DNA of 64,000 bases from Fimbriimonas sp. (GCA_965249475.1 CBDFMD010000003.1:1868561-1932560), one strand, 5' to 3'; shown: positions 30,801-40,334, counted from the stretch's first letter. Notes: a model not told the origin generated them from the letters alone. A program made the numbers and translations.

Positions 30801-31113
30801 CCAGGTGCGCGGCGCCGTCGCGGTGCCGTCGCCGATCGTCTTCAAGCCGGGGCAGACCTTGCGGTACTACCTCGACCAGTGCGGCGGGATCGCGCGGGAC
30901 GGGGACAACCGGGAGATCCTCGTCATCCGGGCGACGGGGACGATCACGCGGGCGAAGCCGGGGACGAAGATCAATCTTGGGGACACGATCTACGTGCCCA
31001 CGAAGGTCATCTCGGCGAGGCTCACGGACTCGCGCTCGGACTTCGAGTCGATCATCCGGACGATCACGAACGCGGGGCTCGTGCTCGCGATCATCCGATC
31101 GATCGGTCGGTGA
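27871..31113 (+). CDS. Giant polysaccharide export protein (Wza-like Poly_export plus multiple SLBB domains)
   Basis: 1080 aa with an N-terminal anchor and a Gly/Thr/Ser low-complexity spacer. YQLAPGDRLTVRF...VQVPFTGRRLTVRGLTLASAE is followed by repeated SLBB-like modules (LQPGDVILVP, LQDGDVVELF, LQPKDRLVIY, LSDRDIVTVF, LADGDVVSVV, LRDGDILTIP, NLGDTIYVP). Confidence 0.8.
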   Translation: MLLRRLFRRSSDLRPTRVLVSRAVSGGLVSLLLASLILASGGAGGSGGRAAQTTGATSGTGLGTSGLGTSGLGTSGLGTSGGATTGLGTTGLGTTGLGTTGLGSTGSSATTGAGDPFGSPTGTTGRSSSEDDPRNRRTPRPGDAPMDEAGRPRPRIGLNAPYRTGNAPARTFDSGPFEGLESFGYEYFASARDAVEARRLAAAPRRSDRAGNDRRGSGSDGGALGEDPSGGALGRSGSMGAGSNDDQGSLDPTTSFVGPEAAGIANVSTPAPERYQLAPGDRLTVRFSSPTYESQERRLTVDSAGSVQVPFTGRRLTVRGLTLASAETAIARELRRGLRNAQVTVTLSELRSISVSIVGEVTAPGNYQMPATVTLFNALYAAGGPTFDGSFRRIGLRRAGGGSRTIDLYRFLLLGDPSQDVALQPGDVILVPVAQGRIGVRGEVVRPAVYELLPSETLKDAVRYAGGARPTAVLGRVQIASVRAGEQRQLVNADLRSGDPTQNPRLQDGDVVELFAVREELANAVTVEGAVDQPRSYALSPSMTVADLVEVARGLRPEAFGSRADLIRENPDRTTRLLPVDLQRALARDPAANLALQPKDRLVIYRADEVRFLEDREVEIRGAVRRPQRYERPEGLRVIDLLLQSGGLLPNASPIVFVQKKNPDGTEGPLVRVDVRQAAIDANQNPLLSDRDIVTVFRLDEAQYLPEQIVALSGAVLRPGAYPRSEGLTVRGLIELAGGLLPNAGGEVQISRSRVARGTEPRTLDVRGVLAGTVPDVALADGDVVSVVANGEFQEKPVLVSIQGRVRKPGIYAITGHRERLSDLVALAGGLLEEGWSGGAQFARDPEGLSTDAERRLAPRTRTILATIQRQEYLRALAKSDIDKLRAVLAAGQGGGIGISGNQVVPSAGSGLPGGLGTGLFNRETVTPARELDRDEIEAGGNVPVALTAALARPKGFEDVELRDGDILTIPERPTTVQVRGAVAVPSPIVFKPGQTLRYYLDQCGGIARDGDNREILVIRATGTITRAKPGTKINLGDTIYVPTKVISARLTDSRSDFESIIRTITNAGLVLAIIRSIGR
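28051..28185 (+). repeat. Coding 15-bp tandem repeats (GLGTS/GLGTT x about 9)
   Basis: ggg ctc ggc acg tcc / ggc ttg ggg acg tcc ... ggt ctg ggc acc acc. Translates to GLGTSGLGTSGLGTSGLGTSGGATTGLGTTGLGTTGLGTTGLGSTG. Confidence 0.8.
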
Positions 31114-31140
31114 GGGCGTCGGCGACGTAGGAACGGGCGT

Positions 31141-31818
31141 ATGTGCGCCCGTTACTCGCTCGCGCTCAACGCGGGAGGTCTGCAACGCCTTTTGGATGCG
31201 GAGTGGCCGGGGGCGGTTCCTCCGCAAGACGACGTTCGGCCCACGAACGAGGTCCTGGCGGTGGGGTCGGACCATACGGGGCGGTTCTTCCGGTGGGGGC
31301 TCGTGCCGCGCTGGGCGAGGGATCCCGGGATCGGGCAGAAGCTCATCAACGCGCGGAGCGAGACCGCGCCCGAGAAGCCGAGCTTTCGCGACGCCTTTCG
31401 TAAGCGGCGGTGCGTCATTCCGGCGACGAGCTTCTACGAGTGGCGCGAGGAGCCCGCGAGCCACGTTCCGGGGCAACCGCTCCTCTTCGACGACGCGCCG
31501 AGGCCGACCCACGCGGCGCCGAAGCGCAAGCGCCGGTACCGGTTCTCCGCGACGGAGCCCGCGTTCCTCTTCGCGGGGCTTTGGGAGAGCTGGACGCCGC
31601 CGGGGGCGGGAGAGGACGCCCCGCCGCTCCTCACGTGCACGATCCTCACGACGGCGGCGAACGCGGCGGTGCTCCCGTACCACGACCGGATGCCGAGCAT
31701 CCTCCAGCCGGAGGACGTCGAGGCGTGGCTCGATCCGGGACTGACGAGCGAGGAGGCGCTGGGCTCGCTCTTGCGCGGGCTCCGGGCCGAGCAGACGGTC
31801 GTCGCGCCCGCCGACTAG
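31141..31818 (+). CDS. SOS-response-associated peptidase (SRAP/YedK family)
   Basis: MCARYSL (catalytic Cys2), RWGLVPRWA, INARSETAPEKPSFRDAF, RCVIPATSFYEWRE. Confidence 0.88.
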   Translation: MCARYSLALNAGGLQRLLDAEWPGAVPPQDDVRPTNEVLAVGSDHTGRFFRWGLVPRWARDPGIGQKLINARSETAPEKPSFRDAFRKRRCVIPATSFYEWREEPASHVPGQPLLFDDAPRPTHAAPKRKRRYRFSATEPAFLFAGLWESWTPPGAGEDAPPLLTCTILTTAANAAVLPYHDRMPSILQPEDVEAWLDPGLTSEEALGSLLRGLRAEQTVVAPAD

Positions 31819-31828
31819 ACCCCGGCCG

Positions 31829-33442
31829 TCATCCGGGGGGCGGGGCGATGTGGAGGGTGCGCTCGTGGTCGTAGGCGACGGTGCCGATCGGAGCCCCCTT
31901 CTGGCGGCGGACGTAGCGCTTCTGGGTCACGTCCACCGCGACCATCGAGGAGTGCTTCTGGCCCGAGTTGCGGGCGGCGATCCCGGCGGCGAACTCGAGG
32001 TCGGGGCGTTGGACGCGGTCGGGCTTCCCGCCGGTGCGGAGGATCACGTGGGCCGAGGTGATCCCGCGCGCGTGAAACCACAGGTCGCTCGGGCGGGCGA
32101 CGCGGAGGGTGAGGTAGTCGTTCGCGGTCGCGTTCTCCCCCCAGAGGACGGGGTACCCGGCGGGAGAGAGCGACTCGCGGATCTTGTGCCCCTCGAAGGG
32201 CTTCTCATCCTTGCCCGCCCTTGAAACCCCTGAGGCGGGGCGGACGGTCCATTTGCGCTTGCGGGCCTCGTCGGTGAGGTCATCGAGGGCTTTGGGGGAG
32301 TCGGCGGCCTCTAGGCGTTGCGCGAAGGATTCGAGGCGGGCGAGGTCCTCGCGAAACCGGGCGATCTGCTCGGCGAGTTCGCCGGCCCGTCCGCGGGCCC
32401 GCTTCGCGCGCTCGAAGAGGGCGTTCGCGTTCTCGGCGACGGAGAGATCCGGGTCGAGGGGGATCGACACGGGAGCGCCGTCGTAGTCGTAGGCCTGAAG
32501 CTCGCGGTCGCCCGGGGGCATCGCGTACCCGTAGGCGAGGATGAGTTCGGCGGTGCGTTGCCAGCGGTCGGCGCCGCGCCCGCTCGCCTGGACCTCGACG
32601 AGGCCGCGGAGGGTGCTCGCGCGGCTCGCGCGGAGGCGGGCGATCTGGGTCTCCAGCGCGCCTTTGGCGGCGAGGAAGCGGCCGCTCCGCTCGGCCTCGG
32701 CGAAGTGGGCGTCGAGGGCGACGGAGATTGAGGGGCGGGGGTAGCCCACGTAGCCGAGCTCCGCGAGGGGGACGGGGTAGGCGCCGTAGCCGGAGACGAG
32801 CTCGGGCTCCCAAACTTCGGGGAGGGCGGCGAGGGATTCGGCGAGGCGTCCGCCGACGCGGGCGCGGACCTCGCGGGGGGTCAGAGTCTCGGCGATGTCG
32901 TCGGCGTCGCGGAGGACGGGGGGGAGCTCGTAGGGGTGCCCGGAGAGGATCGGCCGGACGCTCCGGGTCGGGGGGATCCAGCGGAGAGCGGCGAGGGTGC
33001 GGCGGGCGCCGTCGATGAGGACGACGTTCGAGTGCTTGCCCATGATCTCGGCGATGAGGGAGAGGGGGCCGCGCTCGGTCTCGAAATCGAGGCGCAGGAC
33101 GCGGTCGGCGGCGACCTGGACCACGCGGGCGAGGCGGGCGCCCTCGAGGCGGGCGCGAAGGGTCGCGACGAAGGTCGGGGGCGGGGTGAGGGTCTCGGGG
33201 CGGCGGGCGGTGAAGTGGACGCGGGCGAAGAGAGCGTGGATCGAGAAGAGGAGCCAGCCCTTGCCCGCCTTGGAGTAGAGCTCCATCGCGAACGAGCCTT
33301 CGTTCGGCTGGCGGATCTCCTGGACCTTGCCGCCGATGTGGAGGCGGATCTCGTCGGCGACGGCGGCCATCGTGAGGGCGTCGTAGGGGATCGTTTTGAG
33401 GGGCCGCGTCAGCGGGGTGGGCTCCATCGGTTCTACACTCAT
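31829..33442 (-). CDS. rqcH: RqcH / NFACT-family ribosome quality-control protein (FbpA-like, DUF814)
   Basis: Start ATG at 33442 (or 33427) within ORF 31829..33949. NFACT-N (IRQPNEGSFAMELYSKAGKGWLLFSI...ARVHFT), a coiled-coil middle, and C-terminal DUF814 (WFHARGITSAHVILR...AAGIAARNS). Confidence 0.8.
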   Translation of the reverse strand: MSVEPMEPTPLTRPLKTIPYDALTMAAVADEIRLHIGGKVQEIRQPNEGSFAMELYSKAGKGWLLFSIHALFARVHFTARRPETLTPPPTFVATLRARLEGARLARVVQVAADRVLRLDFETERGPLSLIAEIMGKHSNVVLIDGARRTLAALRWIPPTRSVRPILSGHPYELPPVLRDADDIAETLTPREVRARVGGRLAESLAALPEVWEPELVSGYGAYPVPLAELGYVGYPRPSISVALDAHFAEAERSGRFLAAKGALETQIARLRASRASTLRGLVEVQASGRGADRWQRTAELILAYGYAMPPGDRELQAYDYDGAPVSIPLDPDLSVAENANALFERAKRARGRAGELAEQIARFREDLARLESFAQRLEAADSPKALDDLTDEARKRKWTVRPASGVSRAGKDEKPFEGHKIRESLSPAGYPVLWGENATANDYLTLRVARPSDLWFHARGITSAHVILRTGGKPDRVQRPDLEFAAGIAARNSGQKHSSMVAVDVTQKRYVRRQKGAPIGTVAYDHERTLHIAPPPG

Positions 33443-33460
33443 TATGAGGACCGACCCGGA

Positions 33461-33955
33461 ATGCCCACTCCGCCCGCGCGAACCCCCGCCGCCCGTGCCG
33501 GCATCGACGAGATCGACGTCCAGCTTCTGAGCCACCTTCAGGCCGACGGTCGGATCACGAACGCGGATCTCGCGAAGGCGGTGGGGCTCTCGGCGCCTTC
33601 GGTGCTCCAGCGGGTGCGGAACCTCGAGAAGTCGGGGATCATCAAGAGCTACACGGCGCTGCTCGACGCCGAGCGGCTGGGGTATCGGCTCACGGCGCTC
33701 ACGACGGTGTCGCTCGCGCTCCACGAGGCGCAGCCGGTCGAGCGATTCCGCAAGGCGGTGCAGGAGATCCCGGAGATCGTCGAGACGTACCACGTCACGG
33801 GGGAGTTCGACTTTCTTCTGAAGATCCTCGTGCGCGACATGCGGCACTACGAGGCGCTGCTCCGGGACAAGATCCTGAAGATCCGGGGGATCGCGCAGAT
33901 CAAGACGTCGTTCGTGCTCGGGACGACGAAGCACACGACGGAGGTCCATCTGTGA
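33461..33955 (+). CDS. Lrp/AsnC-family transcriptional regulator
   Basis: ATG at 33461. IDVQLLSHLQADGRITNADLAKAVGLSAPSVLQRVRNLEKSGIIKSYTALLD...HVTGEFDFLLKI. Confidence 0.88.
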   Translation: MPTPPARTPAARAGIDEIDVQLLSHLQADGRITNADLAKAVGLSAPSVLQRVRNLEKSGIIKSYTALLDAERLGYRLTALTTVSLALHEAQPVERFRKAVQEIPEIVETYHVTGEFDFLLKILVRDMRHYEALLRDKILKIRGIAQIKTSFVLGTTKHTTEVHL

Positions 33956-34995
33956 CCCCCGGCCCCGAGGGCGATCCGGGGATCCCGAACCCGCACGAGT
34001 CGGTGCTGCCCGACGTCCTGCACGCGGTCGGGTACACGCCGATGGTGCGGCTGAACCGGGTGGGGGCGGAGCATCCGGTGGAGATCCTCGCGAAGCTCGA
34101 GTACCTGAACCCGGGGGGGTCGGTGAAGGACCGGATCGCGTTCCGGATGCTCGAGGAGGCGGAGCGCGACGGGAAGATCGAGCCGGGGAACACGCTCATC
34201 GAGGCGACGAGCGGGAACACGGGGATCGGGCTTGCGCTCGCGTGCGCGGTGCGGGGGTACCCCCTCGTCATCGTGATGCCGCAGAAGATGAGCGCGGAGA
34301 AGCAGAGGACGATGGAGGCGCTGGGGGCCACCATCGTGCGGACGCGGACGGAGGCGGCGCACGACGATCCCGATTCGAACTTCTCGGTCGCGAGGAGGCT
34401 GCGGGAGGAGATCCCGAACTCGCGGATCCTCGACCAGTGGGCGAACGAGGCGAACCCGGACGCGCACGAGTTCGGGACGGGGGCGGAGATCCTCGCGCAG
34501 ACCGGAGCCCTCACGGGGGGGCGGGGGCTCACGCACTTCGTCGCCTCGGCGGGGACGGGGGGGACGATCACGGGGGTGGGTCGGGCGTTCCGGAGGGCGG
34601 GGGTCGCGGTCGAGATCGTCGGGGCGGACCCGGTGGGGTCGGTGCTCGGCGGGGGCGAGGCGGGGCCGACGTACCAGGTGGAGGGGATCGGCTACGACTT
34701 CATCCCGGACACGCTCGACCGGTCGTTCGTCTCGCGGTGGGTCAAGACGGACGACCGGACGGCGTTCACGCTCGCGCGGCGGCTCATCCGGGAGGAGGGG
34801 CTTCTCGTCGGGGGGTCGTGCGGGTCGGCGATGCAGGCGGCGCTGGAGGTCGCGCGGGACGCGGCCCCGGGGTCGCGGATCGTGGTGATCCTGCCGGACG
34901 GGATCCGCAACTACATGAGCAAGATGCTCGACGACGAGTGGCTTCGGGAGAAGGGGTTCGCCGACGCGATCCCGCCGAAGCGGACGCCTGGATAG
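33952..34995 (+). CDS. PLP-dependent cysteine synthase / cystathionine beta-synthase family enzyme (no CBS pair)
   Basis: GTG start in a GTGA overlap with the lrp stop. TPMVRLNR, LEYLNPGGSVKDR (PLP lysine), EATSGNTGIGLA, GTGGTITG. Confidence 0.85.
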   Translation: MTPGPEGDPGIPNPHESVLPDVLHAVGYTPMVRLNRVGAEHPVEILAKLEYLNPGGSVKDRIAFRMLEEAERDGKIEPGNTLIEATSGNTGIGLALACAVRGYPLVIVMPQKMSAEKQRTMEALGATIVRTRTEAAHDDPDSNFSVARRLREEIPNSRILDQWANEANPDAHEFGTGAEILAQTGALTGGRGLTHFVASAGTGGTITGVGRAFRRAGVAVEIVGADPVGSVLGGGEAGPTYQVEGIGYDFIPDTLDRSFVSRWVKTDDRTAFTLARRLIREEGLLVGGSCGSAMQAALEVARDAAPGSRIVVILPDGIRNYMSKMLDDEWLREKGFADAIPPKRTPG

Positions 34996-35215
34996 ACGCC
35001 TGGGTAGACGGGTTCAGCGGGCTTGCATCCCGCCTGCGCGCCACGTGCGTGTGAGATTTTTTGACGGAGGTCATGGATATCTCGGTCCTATGTCTGGTGA
35101 CGAGGGCCGCGGGCTCGCGGGCCCTCACCTCTTAAGGGCTCGGCGCGGCCCCTCGACAACCGCTTCGGGGAAAGTTTCGAGAGAACGTCCGCCGGCGGGC
35201 GGGTAGAACGGCGGG

Positions 35216-37642
35216 GTGGTCACGACGACGTTCGATCCCGCCGCTCTCCAGTCTCCGTCCGGGCCGTTTCCATCCGCAGGAGTCCTGTCGCGCTCGGCGA
35301 CGCTCCGGCGGGGGGTGTACCGGCGGACGAGCGTCGGGACGGACGCGGCGACGCTCGACGCGGGGGGCGCGGGGCTTACGATCCGGGGGGAGGGGATCAC
35401 GGTGGACTTCGGGGGGGCGACGCTCGAAGGCTCGGACCCCCGGACGGAGCCGGACGCGCGGGTCGGGACGGGCCTGCGGATCGAGGGGCGGAACGTGACG
35501 GTGCGGAATCTGAAGGTCCGGGGCTACAAGGTCGGGGTGTGGGCGAAAGGGGTGCCGGGGCTTCGTTTGGAGAACGTGGATGCGAGCGACAACTGGAGGC
35601 CGCGGCTGAAATCCACGCCGGAGAAGGAGGACGAGGAGGACTGGATGTCGTACCACCGCAACGAGGCGAACGAGTGGCTCCGGTACGGCGCGGGGGTGTA
35701 CCTGGAGGGGTGCGACGGGTTCGAGGTGAAGGGGCTAAAGGTCACCCGCGGGTGCAACGGGCTCATGATGACGCGGTGCGACGGGGGGCTCGTGTGGAAC
35801 TCGTCGCTGGCGTACCTCTCGGGGATCGGGCTGGGGATGTACCGGTCGTCGGGGAACCGGGCGATGCACAACCGGCTGGACTACTGCTTGCGGGGGTTCT
35901 CGTACGGGGTGTACAACCGGGGTCAGGACTCGGCGGCGATCCTCGTGTACGAGCAATCGAACCGGAACACGTTCGCGTACAACTCGGCGACGCACTCGGG
36001 GGACGGGTTCTTCCTGTGGGCGGGCCAGAGCACGATGGACACGGGAAAGGGGGGTTGCGACGACAACCTCGTCTACGGGAACGACTTCTCGCACGCGGCG
36101 ACGAACGGGATCGAGGCGACGTTCTCGCGCAACGCGTTCGCGGACAACCTCGCGATGGAGTGCCCGCACGGGGTGTGGGGCGGGTACTCGCACGACTCGA
36201 GGTGGATCGGGAACGTCTTCGCGTTCGATACGGAAGGGGTCGCGATCGAGCACGGGCGGGACATCCTTCTTCAGGACAACCTCTTCTGGCGGGGGCGGAC
36301 GGCGGTGCGGCTGTGGTCGAACCCCACGCAGGACCCGGCGTGGGGGTACCCGAAGGCGAGCGACACGCGGAGCCGGGACACGACGATCGTGGGGAACACG
36401 TTCTCGGGATTCACGGGGGGGCTCGTCATGACGTCGAGGACCGCCGGCCACGACGACGGGGTGGTCTTCGACTTCACGCGGACCTCCGGCGCGGTCGTGG
36501 GTCCGAACCGGTACGGGCCGAGCTTCGGCATCTGGCGCTTCGAGGGACCGATCGACGTGGCGACGGCGGAGGTCCTCATGCAAGGGGCCCCGTCGCGACG
36601 TGTCGAGTTCGACGCCGATGGGGGGCGGACGGTCACGGAAAGCACAGAGACCACGACCGTCGTGGCTCAGAGCTTCGTCGGGGAGAAGGGGGCTTACTCG
36701 CGCATCTGGGGAACTTCCAACGGGCTTCTCCCGCCCTCGTTTCCGGCGCTCGCGAAGCCAGAGGGCCCCTATGACGGCGACGAGTCGCGGTTCGAGACGC
36801 GGTGGAATCCGCTCCGGTCCCCGCGGGCAGGGCGGGAGGCGTTCGGGTGGCGGCCGTCGGCGCTCGCGACGTCGCTCGCGCCGGTGCCGCTCCCGGGAGG
36901 GATGGACCCGTTCCTGAAGCCGGGGACGACGCGGGGGTGGATGACGATGAGGGTGGACGAGTGGGGGCCGGAGGACGGGCGCGCGCCGAGGCTCGTGCCG
37001 CTCGGGCCCGTGCGCGACGACGGGACGCAGAGGTTCGCGGTGCTCGGACCGCGGGGGCGCTGGCGGCTCACGGGGGCGACGGGCGTGAGCGGCGCTCCGA
37101 AGGCGGGGGCGGTGCCGGGGGAGATCACGGTCGCCCGTTCGGGGACGCCGGGGGAGCGGCGGATCGAGCTCACGTATGTCGGCGGCGAGACGACGGACCA
37201 CCGGGGGATCGTGACCCCGGCGGGGCGGGCGGTGGCGTTCGGGTGGAGCGCCTTCGAGGTCCCGATCGCGTGGGACGTGAGCTTCACCCGCTGGGACGAG
37301 CGGCTCGACGCGAACGATCCGGGTCGGCATCCCCAGCGGGCGTTCGCGGGGGAGATCGTCCACCGGGAGCGGGTGGCGGCGCTCGACTACGCCGGGGCGA
37401 GCTTCTATCCTGGGGGGCCGAGCGAGCGGTTCGCGACGGTCGCAGAAGGGAGGGTGGAGATCACGGCGGACGACGGGGTGCGGGCGGTCGTGGACGGGAA
37501 GACCGTTCTGGACGAGTGGCACTACCAGGGGCCGACGACGTTCCGGGTGCCGCTGACGGCCGGAGTCCACGCCCTGCGCCTCGAGCACTTCCAGATCGAC
37601 GGGTACGCGGCGTTCAAGGCCCGGATCGTGCCCGCGCGGTGA
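35216..37642 (+). CDS. Right-handed parallel beta-helix repeat protein with C-terminal PA14-like domain
   Basis: 808 aa. Repeated short beta-helix turns (NVTVRNLKVRG, GFEVKGLKVTRG, NSSLAYLSG, NTFAYNSATHSGDG, NLVYGNDFSH, NAFADNLA, IGNVFA, LLQDNLF, IVGNTFSG). C-terminus: ...ITADDGVRAVVDGKTVLDEWHYQG...HFQIDGYAAFKARI. Start uncertain. Confidence 0.65.
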   Translation: MVTTTFDPAALQSPSGPFPSAGVLSRSATLRRGVYRRTSVGTDAATLDAGGAGLTIRGEGITVDFGGATLEGSDPRTEPDARVGTGLRIEGRNVTVRNLKVRGYKVGVWAKGVPGLRLENVDASDNWRPRLKSTPEKEDEEDWMSYHRNEANEWLRYGAGVYLEGCDGFEVKGLKVTRGCNGLMMTRCDGGLVWNSSLAYLSGIGLGMYRSSGNRAMHNRLDYCLRGFSYGVYNRGQDSAAILVYEQSNRNTFAYNSATHSGDGFFLWAGQSTMDTGKGGCDDNLVYGNDFSHAATNGIEATFSRNAFADNLAMECPHGVWGGYSHDSRWIGNVFAFDTEGVAIEHGRDILLQDNLFWRGRTAVRLWSNPTQDPAWGYPKASDTRSRDTTIVGNTFSGFTGGLVMTSRTAGHDDGVVFDFTRTSGAVVGPNRYGPSFGIWRFEGPIDVATAEVLMQGAPSRRVEFDADGGRTVTESTETTTVVAQSFVGEKGAYSRIWGTSNGLLPPSFPALAKPEGPYDGDESRFETRWNPLRSPRAGREAFGWRPSALATSLAPVPLPGGMDPFLKPGTTRGWMTMRVDEWGPEDGRAPRLVPLGPVRDDGTQRFAVLGPRGRWRLTGATGVSGAPKAGAVPGEITVARSGTPGERRIELTYVGGETTDHRGIVTPAGRAVAFGWSAFEVPIAWDVSFTRWDERLDANDPGRHPQRAFAGEIVHRERVAALDYAGASFYPGGPSERFATVAEGRVEITADDGVRAVVDGKTVLDEWHYQGPTTFRVPLTAGVHALRLEHFQIDGYAAFKARIVPAR

Positions 37643-37707
37643 AGCCCCGGTAAAACTCTCCCCAAACCCGGGGGCGAAGGCGGAAAAGAGGCGGTGGGTC
37701 CCCTCCG

Positions 37708-38475
37708 ATGCTCCGCAAATCCGCCTTCGCCCTTCTCCTCGCACCGGTCGCGCTCCTCGCCATGGGGGCCTCGTCGGGCCGCTACCGGGCGGGGATCCAC
37801 CCGACGGTGGAGGGGCAGATCGCCTACGGGTCGGAGGCGGCGAGGGCGGGGCGCGCCGAGGAGGCGCGGGGGTACGCGCAGGCGCTTCTCATCGGGGACG
37901 AGATCAAGGTGAAGGCGACCTTCGACGCGGCGAGCGAGCCGCACCGGGCCGAGGCGATGCGGGCGCTCGCGGCGGCGGGCGAGACGTGGCGCGAGGCGCT
38001 CGGGCGGACGGTGACGATCCGCGAGGCGCGGGAGGGGGAGACGCCGGACCTCACGGTGAACTTCCAGCCGGAGGTCGAGATGCAGGGGCGCGCGGTGAGC
38101 GGGTACATCCGGTGGAGGCGCGAGGTGCGGCGGGTCGGGGACGGGTGGCAGGGCCTTTTCGAGGGGTACGTGTACGCGCGGACGACGTACCGGGGGCGAC
38201 CGATGACGTTCGAGGCGATGCGGTGCTGCCTCGGGCACGAGATGGGGCACATGTTCGGCCTTCCGGACCACGACGCCTCCGATACGGGGGCGCGGGCGAT
38301 CATGGGGCCGTTGGACGTGCGGAACCCGGTGGCGCGGCCCGACGACGAGGAGATCGAGACGGTGCGGCACATCCGCGAGGACGCGGGGGCCTTCACGCGG
38401 ATCGCCTCCGGATCTTCGGCGGACGGGGCCGAGCACCAGCTCATCCTCGAGCTCGACGGGCGCGAGACGCGGTAG
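37708..38475 (+). CDS. Secreted zinc metalloprotease (matrixin/metzincin-like)
   Basis: Signal peptide MLRKSAFALLLAPVALLAMG. Extended zinc motif LGHEMGHMFGLPDH (HExxHxxGxxH). Confidence 0.75.
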   Translation: MLRKSAFALLLAPVALLAMGASSGRYRAGIHPTVEGQIAYGSEAARAGRAEEARGYAQALLIGDEIKVKATFDAASEPHRAEAMRALAAAGETWREALGRTVTIREAREGETPDLTVNFQPEVEMQGRAVSGYIRWRREVRRVGDGWQGLFEGYVYARTTYRGRPMTFEAMRCCLGHEMGHMFGLPDHDASDTGARAIMGPLDVRNPVARPDDEEIETVRHIREDAGAFTRIASGSSADGAEHQLILELDGRETR

Positions 38476-38504
38476 GCGCGAGGGGGCGGCGGTAGACTCG
38501 CCGG

Positions 38505-40334
38505 GTGAAGCTCGCGGACGCGCTCTCCCAGGCGCTCTCCCGAGGCGTCCTGCTCCTCGACGGGGCGAACGGCACCCATCTCGCCGAGCTCGGCTACACG
38601 CACCTGCCGTACGACCAGGCGTGCCTCGACGCGCCCGAGATCGTGGAGCGGGTGCACCGGGAGTACATCGCGGCGGGGTCCCACGCGGTGGAGACGAACA
38701 CGTTCTCGGCGAACCGGTTCCGCCTGGAGCATCCCGAGGACGCGCCGCGGATCGCGCGGGCGGGGGCGGAGATCGCGCGGCGGGCGTGCGCGGCGGCGGA
38801 GCGCGAGACGGGGGTCGGGGCGCTCGTCCTCGGGGCGATCGGGCCGTGCGGCAAGCCTCTGGAGCCGATCGGGACGATCACGGAGGCTCAGGCGCGCGAG
38901 GCGTTCGCGGAGATCGCGGCGGCGCTTCTGGAAGGCGGGGTGGACGGCTTTCTGCTCGAGACGTTCACGGACCTTTGTGAGATGGAGCTCGCGGTCGAGG
39001 CGGTGCGCGGGCTCAGCGATCTGCCGATCCTCGCGTCGAAGGCGTACATCGAGGACGGGGAGATGCTTGCCGAGGGGTTGCCGGCGCGGTGCACGGAGCG
39101 GATGGAGCTCTGGGGGGTGGCGGCGCTCGGGGCGAACTGCGTCGTGGGGCCGCAACGGATGCTGGACCTCGTGCGGGCGATGCGGGAGTCGTCGTCGCTC
39201 CCGATCCTCGCGATGCCGACGCCGGGGTTGCCTCAGCTCGTGAAAGGCCGGGTGGCGTACGACGCGACGCCGGAGTACTTCGCGAAGGCGTGCGCGCGGC
39301 TCGTGGAGGAGGGGGCGACGGTGGTGGGAGGGTGTTGCGGGACGACGCCGGCGCACATCGCGGCGCTCCGGGCGCTCCTCGACGCGGGGATCCGGCCGAA
39401 GGCGCGGACGTCGGCGGCGCGTCGGGGGACGGAGGCGAAGGAGCTCGCCGAGACGGAGCCGAGCGAGCTCGCGCAGAAGCTCGGGAGGAAGTTCGTCGTG
39501 GCGGTGGAGATGGACGTGCCGCGGGGGCTCAATCTGGAGAAGCTCCTGGCGGGGGCGCGTCGGCTGAAGATCGCGGGGGCGGATGTCATCAACATCTCGG
39601 ACGGGGCGCGGGCGCGGCTGAGGATGAATCCGGCGGCGGTGTGCGCGCTCGTGCAGGGGCGGGTGGGGATCGAGGTGACGATGCACTTCTCGTGCCGGGA
39701 CCGGAACCTGCTCGCGATCCAGAGCGACCTTCTCGGGTGCCACGCGACGGGGATCCGGAACATCCTTGCGGTGACGGGGGACCCGGCGAACATCGGGGAC
39801 TATCCGAGCGCGACCTCGGTGTTCGACATCGACGCGATCGGGCTGTGCCGGGTGCTCAAGCGGTTCAACGACGGGATCGACCTCGCGGGGTACGGGGTGG
39901 GGGTGCGGTGCGGGTTCACGATCGCGTGCGCGTACAACCCGAACGCGATCGACCAGGGGGAGGAGGACGACCGTCTCCGAAGGAAGGCGGACGCGGGGGC
40001 GCACGTCGTCTACACCCAGCCGGTGTTCGAGCGGGGGTCGCTGGCGAAGTGCCTGGAGATGGCGCGCGCGGTGGGACTGCCGGTGCTCGTGGGGCTCATG
40101 CCGCTGAAGAGCCTGCGGCACGCGGAGTTCATGCACAACGAGGTGCCGGGGGTGCGGGTACCGCAGGCCCTGCGGGACCGGCTGGCCCGGGCGGAGGACG
40201 ACGCGGCGGGTCTGGAGATCGGGATCGAGGAGGCGGCGGGGCTTAAGGCGGAGATCGCGGCGGGGGCGCAGGGGATCTACCTCATGCCGCCGTTCGGGTC
40301 GGCGGAGATCGCGGCGCGCGTGCTCGCGGCCTAG
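38505..40334 (+). CDS. Bifunctional homocysteine S-methyltransferase / 5,10-methylenetetrahydrofolate reductase (YitJ-type fusion)
   Basis: GTG start, 609 aa. N-terminal Hcy-binding domain (LLLDGANGTHL...GGCCGTTPAHI). C-terminal MTHFR domain (FVVAVEMDVPRG...INISDGARA...HFSCRDRN...NILAVTGDP...VYTQPVF). Confidence 0.85.
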   Translation: MKLADALSQALSRGVLLLDGANGTHLAELGYTHLPYDQACLDAPEIVERVHREYIAAGSHAVETNTFSANRFRLEHPEDAPRIARAGAEIARRACAAAERETGVGALVLGAIGPCGKPLEPIGTITEAQAREAFAEIAAALLEGGVDGFLLETFTDLCEMELAVEAVRGLSDLPILASKAYIEDGEMLAEGLPARCTERMELWGVAALGANCVVGPQRMLDLVRAMRESSSLPILAMPTPGLPQLVKGRVAYDATPEYFAKACARLVEEGATVVGGCCGTTPAHIAALRALLDAGIRPKARTSAARRGTEAKELAETEPSELAQKLGRKFVVAVEMDVPRGLNLEKLLAGARRLKIAGADVINISDGARARLRMNPAAVCALVQGRVGIEVTMHFSCRDRNLLAIQSDLLGCHATGIRNILAVTGDPANIGDYPSATSVFDIDAIGLCRVLKRFNDGIDLAGYGVGVRCGFTIACAYNPNAIDQGEEDDRLRRKADAGAHVVYTQPVFERGSLAKCLEMARAVGLPVLVGLMPLKSLRHAEFMHNEVPGVRVPQALRDRLARAEDDAAGLEIGIEEAAGLKAEIAAGAQGIYLMPPFGSAEIAARVLAA

